In this document: positions 13,701 through 24,417 of the stretch, one piece after another
Position numbering within the stretch: the stretch's first letter is position 1
Layout: every line of letters starts with the position of its first letter
Origin: Atractiella rhizophila
Lineage: Eukaryota
Length of the DNA stretch: 45,174 nt
Assembly (NCBI GenBank): GCA_021432655.1
Contig: MU271554.1
Span: forward strand, 1 to 45,174
Direction: 5' to 3'
The notes under the pieces: generated by a model
What the model saw: the letters and a program-made list of their open reading frames with translations, nothing else
What the model was told of the DNA's origin: nothing
Databases searched by the model: none
Made by a program: the position numbers and the translations under genes

Positions 13701-15556
13701 CTGCCTGCTGCTCCAGTCTCCTCGGACACGAAATGGAATAACAGAGTCGATCCCTCGTACACGTAGGGGAATAACAATCCGTAAGCAGCGTAAACACACC
13801 GCTCGGACCTCCCATTCCCTCTCCCTCCCCGTCCCCGATCCCCAACCCCTCCGAAGTCAAATCGTCATCATAAAAGTCGCGAAACTGGTAAATCTCATGG
13901 GTGGAGTCGCGGAGTCGATGCTCGTAAGTGACGTCGTGAAAGAGTTTCTGAGCATCCAACGCCCTGCCGAGTAAGAGGGCTAGGTTTCGATCTGTGGTTT
14001 TGATGATTCCACAAATCCGATCGACCGCTTCCCGTCCATCGAACGCGTCCTTGTACCCCAAACCCTCCTTCGTCCGATCGCTGAGCACGATTCGGGCTCG
14101 GAACGCCTCTCCCACTCGACTCAACAACGCCGGATAGATGATAGGGTTCCGCTTCCCCCCTCCTCCTCCACCGTGCCCACCGACAGATGAAGGGGGTGGA
14201 GGAATCGTGCCCGTGCTCCTCCTACTACTGCTCGCAGAATGTCTCGACGCTCTATCTCCACCGCCACCGACCGTTCCATTGGAAGAAGAATAAATGGTCA
14301 GGTCACTGGGTCTCTGATAAGTAGCCTGATGTTCCGAACCGAAAGAGAAAGACCTGTTCGAGTTTTCGTAGTGCTTTTTGATTCGCACCGATTCCGAAGA
14401 TTTCCGACCTGAAATAGAGAGGGAGAAAGCGGTCGAGGTTGGGGAGGGTGAACGGTTCGAGTTCGAGGTTCCGCTTGTGGTTGAGAGGGAGAGGGAAGGG
14501 TGGACGTAATGTCCTGGTCCTGGTCCCCCAGATACTGGGACCATGGAGAGAGGGATGGCTTGTGGAGAGTTGTAGAATGCGCTCGGGGGATGGTTATTGT
14601 TCTGTTGTTGGGAATCACGGTATTGGGAACCGAAACTTGAACGTCCGCTCCGATTGTTGTGGTTATGGTTGTGATTGTGGTTGGGGTTGTATGTCTGATT
14701 GTATCCCTGTCCTTGGCCGTTGTTCGGCAACGGTGACCGTACGACGACGGTAGCAGAAGAAGGATCGGCGTTGTGCGGTGCCAGAGAGGGCGAGAGGGAG
14801 TAGAAAGAATTCGTATCGGACTCGTACGAGTCTTTTCTCTCCCTCATCGAATCTCGAACCGAGTTCTGGAGAGAGGATGGCCGTGCATAAGGAAGTTGGG
14901 AGTCTCCTGCTCCGTAAATAAAGCAAAGCAAATCATGAATATCCCACGTCCAGAAAATGAACTGAATGAAGAGAGAGACGGAGAGGCCCACCTTCGTCCG
15001 AGCCATCATTTTGGGGTGGAAATCCAATGCCGGAAGATCTGAGAGAAACAGCGCTGTGCAGCCCAACCCCATTCCCATTCACCCTACTTCTTTCTCCCTC
15101 CCTTTCTCCCGATCCGGAATGTGAAGATTTGGACGGAAGCGAGGTGTGGGGATTGACCTTGTGTGCTCTTGGTCCTTCTCCAACGAGGTCGAACTCGCTC
15201 GAGAGGCCATTAGAGGGGATGGAGATACCGTCGAGGGGCCGGAAGTCGCCAGATCTCTGCGTGTGTTGGAGCGGCGGTGGAGACGGATAGTCGCCATAAT
15301 CTTGCAAGGATGGAGGATACGAGTACGTCCCTGGTCCTCCGTAGTAAACCTGCTGTGGATGCTGATGCTGATGTTGGGCGGCGTAGAAGCTTTGCTGGTG
15401 TTGAGGAGAATGGGGATGGTGGAGTGGCTGGCGGTGTGCGTGGTGGTGAGGGAGAGGATGGGATGGATAGGGGGATGGAGAGGTGTGCACATGGTGCATT
15501 GAGGCCGCTCTTCCCCCAAATATCTCCTGATAAGCCTCTGCTCGTCTGTCCGTCAT
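10764..15556 (-). CDS. ROM2: Rho1 guanine nucleotide exchange factor (DEP-DH-PH-CNH)
   Basis: Starts MTDRRAEAYQEIFGG. DEP domain (DAFDGREAVD...TDRNLALLLGRALDAQKLFHDVTYEHRLRDS); DH (EKKRQEAINELIYTERDFVRD, ESRKLELNGYLTKPTTRLARYPLLLE); PH (LFDHALLMVK); CNH (KGFEIVD, IHWEGNP). Apparent frameshifts near 13701 and 12299. Confidence 0.95.
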
Positions 15557-17401
15557 CTTTGCGCTCAATCTCGTCTATGCCCAGTCTCGTTTCTCCAGAA
15601 TCCTAATCACTTGCCTGATCCTCTGCTACCTTCGCTTGTCTGTCTGCCAATGCAGTACTTCCACAGATATATGCAAATAGTTTTCCCAGTCGCCAATCTG
15701 TCCCACTTCCTATGCCTATGATACTTTTACTCGCAGACTCGTGAACCCAGTCGTGAGTAGCGTTCAGAACTTGACGCTGGTCGTACAATCACAATCAGAA
15801 CTCGGATTTCGCTCCTAAATTCCGTCGGCTCTGACTCCGAGTCCAACCAGCCAATACTACTTTGTTATTCTAGACCTGATACCTTGATAGCTGACTAGCT
15901 GACTATGGATGGGAACACAGTGTCGAGTATTTGGCAGGGCAAGCGAGTCAAAGGAGGAGGAGGTCGAGTTGTTGTTTTTGAAGACAACGCATTGACATCA
16001 TTGCCCTCGCTTCCCCATCGCAATTCGCCCACGCTAATGGTCAATCTGCCTGAAATTCAACATGACAACTTGTTGTCGTCGGTTCTTCTGCTCTCTTTCC
16101 GGTAGAAGCAGGGAGAACGGCAGACGGATCGGCCATCGTGGCAGGCGAGGATGTCACTGGATGTCAACCTACTGTTATGAAGACGTGACCATTGTGAGTC
16201 GTTCGATATAACGAGGATGATTCTATCTGTTCCAGGCTGAACCATTCATCCAGGGCATGGAAAGACATTCAGCGCCCTTATCTAACATCTCTCAGATTGA
16301 CAGTCGTCCTCAATCAGATGATGTGGATGAGAGAGTGTCATGCAAATGCAAGGATAGCGCTAAATCATCACCACGATACCTCCGAGTCGAACAAACATTT
16401 GTGTCCTCATTGCACTGCTTCTACCATCATCACACACTTCTCCATGACGATTCGTATTCAGACAAAACATCCCAAAAGTTAGATGGCTGTCACGAGTCCA
16501 CTGAGCAACGAAGCAGTATCGTAGTCTATATTGTAGGAGTTATGCTTGTAATATCGACGCACTCTATGTCTTTTCTTGTAACTTGGTCGTTAGTCGAGCA
16601 GAAGTGCTTCCAGAGGATTCGATTCGGAAAAAAGCGCAAGCACAAGTAAAGAACATTTTGCACGAGCTCGATTGACATACGTCCTATCATGGCATTGGTT
16701 CTGATCCCAGCAGTCGTCCAAAGGACTTGTTCAGGATGTTGCTCATTTTCCCGTTTCTGATAAATTAAATCACAAGGAGGGAACAGAATCGAGCTTCGAA
16801 CGAAGGAAAGTTGGTCATGGTGACAGAAGCCTTCGCAATTTTTTTTAATTGATATTCTTCTTTGGACATTGATCTCGTTTTCTATGTGTTACGATACGAG
16901 AAACTTCTGTGAGAGATGCTTTTTCTATCCCTAACTTTACTGTGAATCTTCACATCATCCTGGAACGCAACCTGTAAAAATTTCAATGTTGTGCAAAATC
17001 CGATGGCAAGTTACTTCTCTATGTCGGGACTCGGAATAAGATATAAATTTTCATACCTAGGCGCTAAGTTGCCCTTCCTGTTGTGCAAGGGAAATGTCAG
17101 AGTGTCCGCGACAGAGCGAAGCTCGTGTCCTCAGATTCGCAACACAAGTTCAACCTCGCTCGCCCTGCTTTCACACTTCAGTCGATCCTAACGACAAGAC
17201 AGCGATGTGCTCGAATCTGCATTGTAAGGTTCAGGTTTCATGGTTATAGTCGATGGGATAGACAATTTGAACAATCTTTGTACTGCTTGACAATGTTTAC
17301 ATTTCTGTGACCCAACTTCGAGTTGAGAGACCTCCAACCCCATCAAAACGTGATGAAGTAGAGCACTAAGAGGAACAGAACGTGTTCGAGAGACTTGTGG
17401 C

Positions 17402-19651
17402 TTAACATCCCTGACCAACAGGCGTGAGGTTTCCGTTACAACAGCTGTAGAGCGAAGGTTGGTAGCAAGCGCCTCCACACTGGTAGTTTCCAGCAGGACA
17501 GAGGACGTTATTCGGGGAGCAGGTATATTGAGACGATGTGAACCCCGCTCCTGCGCAGTAGCAAAGGTTGGCGGCGCTAGCAAGTGCTCCATTCGAACAA
17601 CATTGCGAATTCGGATCGTAGCAGCTTCCGTTACAATAATGCTGACCGGAGGGACAAACGTGCCCATTGTCGCAGACTTTGTCGTCATGTCATCATGTCG
17701 TCAGTGTAGATTGAGGACAGAGATGGAGGGAGAGTACCTTGAGAAGAAGTATAGCTGACACCATTGCACGTTCCTGCTGTTCCACCGCCACTGTTGCCAC
17801 CACCACCACTGCTTCCTCCACCCGATGTAGAACCAAAGAGGTCAGTCCCTTGAGGGCAGAGCTCGATGGTGTAACCTAGGGTGTTGTAGCCAGCAGAGTT
17901 GGTAGCCACGCAAGTAGCCGTTGAGGAAATATCATCATATGCTACATTCTAGTCATCAGGAACATGTTCCTCGGTAGGGGAGATATCTACGGAAAGTATA
18001 GCCGTTGGGGGATCCTGCCTTGATCCATTGAATAGTTGGGAGGACATCTGATGTCCAAACAGGGGAGCTGTTGTAACAATCGCCCGTGACTACAAAACAG
18101 TTTATCAATAGGCTTCATTACGTGAAATGGAAGCAGCATACTCGCTGGCACCAGAGAAGTTCCGAGGATAGTTTCCCATTGAGCACAACCGCAACAGCGG
18201 TTATCTGCTCCCGGTTGGTAGCATGAGCCAGATGTAGCGCCATCTAGGGTTTGTTGTGCACTTAGTGCAATCCTCTATAAAAGATTGAGAAAGTCAGCAT
18301 ACCACAACCTTGCAAATGGGCAATATCGGAGACGATTCCGCCGTTGTTGATTTGGTTAGGGCAGTCAAATATGGAAGAGCTAGACTGCAGGATGCATCCC
18401 TGATAACCAGAGAGTTAAGGGATATCTACTCGGAAAGAGCAGTGCGCTCACTTGGTTGGCGGACCAGTACCTGATGATGTGATGAGGCCTTTCCGTGATG
18501 CGGAAAGGGGTGAAAGGCACTCACCCGGTCAAAGTACCACAAGCTCGAGAGAGTACTCCATTGGTATATACTGTTCCACAATACTGCCCAGAAGGGCACT
18601 GAGAAGAAGCGGAACAGCTCGCTCCAGATCCTCCGCTGACCCAGATGTATTTGTCGTCAGGAGGAGAAAATTTCCAGCTACTCGCGCCAAGACCAGTGGA
18701 TGGAGTGACTCCACCTGTACCGACATCACATTTGATCTAAACCACGCGTATAACTCACCCATGTTGGCACACTGATAGGGATTGTTCGCATTCTTCGTAA
18801 TGACACTCGGAGTGAAAGAGATCGGTACGTTAACACCTGGATATACCTTAGGAAACCCAAAGTCTTAAGGGAAGGCTTGCCATGAATGTTTGACTATCCA
18901 AACATCAACGTGGATTCTCTGGTGAAAATGAGAAGAGAAACGACAACTGACCACGTCATATGTATCAGCTCCTTTCTTCACCAGGGTGATTTCAGCTTTG
19001 GAGCCAACGGGAGCCGCACATCCAGAGTTAGTGCAAGTGGTCGCATCTGCAGAACAGCTCGACCCGTCCTCGCCTTCCATTCGTCATATCAGAAGAACGA
19101 ATGATACTCAGAAAGTAATTACAAAAAGCTACAAAGCGAGATCAGTTTTCAGTTTAGATTAATAGGGAAAGAAGAAGCATACCAAAGTTTCCGCTCCAGT
19201 CAAAATCCGAGCCATTGTCCTAACATCGGGGTAAACATGAGGAAAAGGGGCGGAAAGGATAAGCACACAAGGTATGGGATGGTGATTGTGCTGGTTTGAC
19301 CAGCCGCAAGCTTCCAGTTACCGTGAGAGGGAGTCGCTGTGTTCCAGAAACAAATTCCTGCAGCTACGTTGCATTGGATGACAATGTGCTTAAGATGGCA
19401 GTCTCTGTTGCAAGGAAAAAAGCGCACCAGAATTGCAGTAAGATCCAGCGGGGCATCCGGCGGCGCATGTGCCAGTTGATCTGTACAAGATTCGGGAATG
19501 GAAGAGTTAGTAAGAGATATGCTTACCCAGTTGTAGGAAGAATGTAAACTGCTCGTCCGCAAGAATTGGTGAATGTAAAAACCCTCGAAGGGCCTTGAGC
19601 AGAAGCCTGCAGGGATATTGCTGTAAGGCTGAAAAATGTGAGAAATCTCAT
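17402..19651 (-). CDS. Secreted atypical thaumatin-like protein with a Gly/Ser linker and two C-terminal Cys-rich CBM52-like modules
   Basis: 15 exons splice into one frame: signal peptide MRFLTFFSLTAISLQASA; RVFTFTNSC; WSGNF; KAEITLVKKGADTYDVSNIHGVNVPISFTP; YWSANQGC; SCYQPGADNRCCGCAQW; WIKAGSPNGYTFPYDDISSTATC; YTIELCP. Then a GGGSSGGGG linker and two repeats (CNGVSYTSSQVCDNGHVCPSGQHYCNGSCYDPNSQCC and CAGAGFTSSQYTCSPNNVLCPAGNYQCGGACYQPSLYSCC). Includes a 6-nt exon (19123-19128), a 13-nt exon (18881-18893) and a GC-AG intron (18837-18880). Confidence 0.88.
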
Positions 19652-20692
19652 CCTGATTAACACGAATTCGAAAGGACCAAGACGGGCATGGAGATGAAGT
19701 CGCGCTCGCCTCTTTTATCTCAGGCGTCTGCTCAGGTGCTCACCCCACCTCCTCTGACAACGTACATAGCACGCTCCAGGACGGGAGGTTGCCACACTCC
19801 TTCCCTTCATTTCTCTCCAAATCGATTTCATGATATCATGGTCGGGGCGACTATCAAGATTTGCACGCTCCTTAGCACGCTTTCCACCAATTTTCCAGGA
19901 ACGGGTATGTCCAGTAAGAACAGCGGATGGTGGGCCGCGCAGCTGCCTATCAATAGCCCTGCAAGTGCTATATTCCGGTAGCGAACATCATAGATTGCGG
20001 TCGCTGAAAAGGTGCGTGCAAGCAAAGTGTTTTTTTAGAGGCGAGCCTGAAACGGCCGCAAAGATATTGAGAAACAGCTCTCCCATCTTTACAATATGGT
20101 AGCTCTATGTCCTCACAAGCATCTTCCTGTCAAAATAATATCTCTAGCCTTTCAAGTCGTAGGTTCAGAAATATGAGAGCTGGCCATGCACGCCACGCTC
20201 CATCTCCTTTCAGTAAACTTGCTGATTGAGCTGGTAGCTCAGCACAATGCGAAGACCCAGAAATCTGGTGCATGTTTCTTCCAGCTAGTTGCTCATACAG
20301 GACGAGCCGGCGAAAGCCTCTCTTTGTACGCGTTGCAGAGCTCAAACTGGCTCAATCCAACAAAGTCAGGATGGCTCACCAATCAGGTCGACACCACGGC
20401 CTTTGTAACAACTTCATAACCTCTTTGGAGATGAGAGGCAAGAATCCGACCCTCTGAGCAAGTGGGTATGGCTACCGTATTAGCGGGGAACACATCCTTT
20501 AATCCCTATAGACAAGTGCAATGAGATTTCTACGTTCTTGGGACGAATAAGTTGATGCTGTATCGATGGTGTTGCTGACTGTACGCAGAGAAACTGGGGA
20601 GGAAGTCAGGGCAAAACAAACAACACAAACACGACCCAACAGCGCACAACGGCGACGACGACATTCTTTCGATTTCCTCTTTTTCATGTGGA

Positions 20693-22426
20693 ATGGGTCT
20701 CTTTTCTTTCTTCAGCCGCGTGCGTATGCCCCACATCCTGCTACCCAACTGATGTAACCATCTGCAGAAGGACGATGACTTCTCAACTGCGCTGTCAACC
20801 CTCCACAACCAGATCCAGAAACGAGAAGCCTCCCTCTCTTACATCCGTACCCGCGAACGCAGGGCCGTAGCGGTGGTAACTGGATATTCTTTGGCTGTTT
20901 GGGTCGTGGCATTGGCGGTTTGGTATGCTGGAGTCGCAGAGGGATGGTGGGGTTGGACTGCGGTGTTGGCCGCACCTGTTGGGTGAGTTTTTGCGCGTTT
21001 GTTGAGCTGGAACGATGGGTGTGCACGTTTGAAAAAGAGATGTCGTCTACCATTTCTTCAGGCAAGCCTTGAATCAGAAGTGTCGTTTGCGGAAAGGTGC
21101 ATCCCGTTAAAAGCTTTCTTCCAGCATGAGGTGACTAGGCATGAATGTAGTTGCATTTGGATCCTTCAAGCCAGCAGGTTTGAGCGGCAATCTTTTCATG
21201 AGCAATAACTTGGACGATTCCATGTGGCTATACTTCTCTCATTGATCATGGAGACAAAGAAGCGGAACCGCGACCGCAGGGATCCAGTGCTTTAGGCTGC
21301 AACCCATCGTCGTTCTTATCTTCCGGTTGTTGAAACAGGCAGGTCTTGCTAGTGATTCTGGATAAACGGCTTTCAAGTTCGCTTACCTTCTGGTGGTTCC
21401 ACTATTATATTCTGACGGATATTCCCCCATTCAATGTTGAATGGTGGCTGGATTGACAAATAATCATTATGTTTTCATTATTGCTTTCGTTAGGCTGTCT
21501 AATTCATTTTTAGACTTATTTCTTGCCCGGTTTATTGGTGTATTTTACTGATATTTAGGTGCTAGAATCCTCGCAGTCCGCCGCATCGTAGCATGGTGGT
21601 ACCGTGCCAAGCGGGAGCACGAAGGTCTGCTTTCTCATCTCCTCACCGTGCTCAACCTAATGCTTTTGAATTTTCAGAGAAGGTTCTAGTGGAACTAAGA
21701 AAGAAGCAACGGTCCAAAGTGGAAGAGTTGAAGAAGAAAACGGGCTATTACTCTACTCGCGACTTGTTGGAGAAATATGATGATTCTCCTTCTAAAGAAA
21801 AACAGAGAGAAAAGGAAGCACAAGAAGAGAAGGCCAAACGGGTACGCTAGCTATTTCCTCACATAATAATAAGATTACTGATGTGATCGGTGGAGAAGCC
21901 ACAACCCCGACCATCTCTCCCTCCCACCTCTCCTCAACACCCAAACCTTGGAATCCCTCCTCACATCCTCGCACAACGCGGACTTGCCCCTCCACCGCGT
22001 CTCTCAGATGCTGCACTCCCTCCAAACCCCAACGCACTTCCACCAAACTTCCAACCTCCTCCTCCACTCCCCCCACCTCCCCGAACCTGGGCCGACAAAC
22101 TAGCCGATGTCCTACTTGGGGCGGACGACCCATCGTCGTCGTCGTCGTCAAACGAAGCCAAGTATGCGCTCATCTGTGCGAAATGTTATGCGCATAACAG
22201 ACTGTCAACACGTGAAGAAGTAGACAGCGTAGTGTATCGCTGTCCCAAGTGCGGTTTCTTGAATGGACGTCCGTCGAGTCAGAATCAACTTGAGCTAGAG
22301 AGGTTGAATGAAAGTGTGGAGAGTGAGGGTGCGTCGGGACATGATGTTGAAGGGGAGAAGGAGGAGAGGAACAGTCCGAGACCTAATCGAGATGGAGAGG
22401 AGGGAGGGATGGACAATTCGAATTGA
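20693..22426 (+). CDS. LNP1: Lunapark ER three-way junction protein
   Basis: MGLFSFFS start (Gly2), two TM segments, KVEELKKKTGYYSTRDLLEKYD, RTWADKLADVLLGADD, zinc ribbon KYALICAKCYAHN...YRCPKCGFLN. Introns about 20720-20767, 20983-21565, 21625-21677 and 21842-21895. Confidence 0.93.
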
Positions 22427-24417
22427 TGCATCTTTAGTTAGGTGAAGGTTGTGATGTTCTGTGAGTTTACATGGTACATCGGTGCCTGATAATTGGAATT
22501 CTTTTTTGGAGTTATCGGCAGATCGATAACAGCTCACGTTTAATAAATTGTTCTGAAGCTTCCTTGCCGAACCTTTTCTTCATTAACTCGATCAGAATTA
22601 CAGCCAGAGCGTCTGAACTGCATACTCTTCCATTCCGTCCCCTGAATTACCGCCAGTTCTCACGACTTCATGTTGCTAGCGCATAACGCTGAAACCTCTC
22701 ACGAAAGAACAGATTGGGTTTCGAGGGCAGAAATTGGAATTCGGTCAAAAGTCACTGGGAGAAAGGGAAGGGACTACATCGATGGATCCGAAAACTAGGG
22801 TGCTGGACCAATTGCACATTGGTAAGAACTGGATGTAGTATGGCGAGGGAAACATGGAAGAAAGGTTGATGACCTCTCGCTATTTATTCCAATGATATGA
22901 AGTGCGCAAAAGAGTGCCCGAGAAATCGTCACTGATGGAACGTCGAATATCGAGCACACTGCTTTGCCTGCTCAAGCCATTGTTTGCTGGTACGAGTACA
23001 ATAATACATTGACATTGGGCAAAGTTATAAGCATCACCAGCATTGCTCACCAACCACGCCAACCCTCGCGCAGAAAACGCGTACCTTTTCAAGGGACTTC
23101 TACTTGCTGTCTGGCCGCCACTTGTATCCATTCCACATTTGCGCAAGAGGTGTTTTCGTCGTTTTGCATCTTCCTTAGGAAATGCGCCAACCAGAAGAAG
23201 GTTTTTCCCCAACAACTGAAATATTAAAGTGAAATCACATGTTATATTATATCACATACACCCGCTGTGACATTGTCGTCTCCAATACCCTCATCAACAC
23301 GATTGACCTTAGAAGGCAGGAGAATGAAATCTCCCGGTTCACACTCCCACTTACTCGAACTGGAGTAGTGTGACTTTTCACATGATTTCCTCACCTGTTT
23401 GGCTCTCAAACCAGAGATACATGGCAAGCGACGCAAGCGATTAATAGGGATCTGTTGCGGATTTCGTAACCACTACAGTGCATCAGAAGTCTAGCCCGCC
23501 AGATGCGGTGTGCGTGTTTGTCGGAAGGGGAAGGGTGTGCTGATGAACTGTGATCAGTTCGACGTTGCAACAGTATTCCACCCTGCAATTGTGACTCTAT
23601 CATAGATCGTAAGGATGTGAGAACCTCAGAGAACAATGCTGCTGCATTTCTCTATGTGTAGATTCTGCCATCCACTTGAAATCTTCCCGTCACGTCTAAG
23701 CCAGAAACATTTCCCTAAGACCGCTATGCTCAGTGGAGCCATTATAACGCTTATAAAACACAGGAAACTTCCTCATTGTAGAAAAAATTGCCATTTTTGT
23801 AGACGGTTGAGATTTCCTCAACCCCTTTTGGAAACCCTTGTGTTGGAGTGCGTCATGGTAACAATCGTCGTGCCTTTTCTGAGTGTACTGTGGATCTCCC
23901 TGCATAGATAAAAACGCGCACGTTCTTACAAGTACACGCCTATCCTTTACAGGAGTGAGGGGGTAGGTAAATCACCTTAGAAATGGTCAACAAAGAGTTG
24001 TGCAACAATCGTCGAAAAGCTGCTTGAAACAATAGCGCGGCTCAAACACAAGCAACACAACAGAGTCTTGCATTCATATATCTCATTTTCAGAGCTATCC
24101 TCCACCGTTTTGATAAGGCACCTACTTCCATCGTCTTTTCTTCTGTGTTTTGGCACACTTCACGGTGTTTGGATTCGGAATATCCAATTATTGCACTTAT
24201 TTTCTCCATTTATATGCAAAAATATTCCTGTAAAACGAGGGAAAGCTTGTTAGAGCTGAAAGAGGAGTGTGAGAAGGAGAAACAACAAAAGTGTGCTACT
24301 GCACGTGATTAGTCTCCCTTGTTGTACATTTCGCGCCAGCCTTTCAACGACGAAGTTCAACCCCTGATATACATATCATCGAATACCGCAAAAAATATCC
24401 GTCTATCATATCCAGAA

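Noticed and set aside
14655..14690. Imperfect hexamer repeat
   Set aside because: Ordinary coding low complexity (NHNHNH) in the ROM2 N-terminus.
16795..16846. GAAGG...CCTTC hairpin followed by a T8 run, like a Pol III RNA end
   Set aside because: No A/B box, tRNA or U6 features; the stem is short and could arise by chance.
17188..17688. 166-aa minus-strand ORF
   Set aside because: Alternative frame overlapping the Cys-rich last exon of the TLP gene.
22700..23910. Short minus-strand ORFs with some splice-like signals
   Set aside because: Could not be joined into a stop-free model and no motif was recognised.
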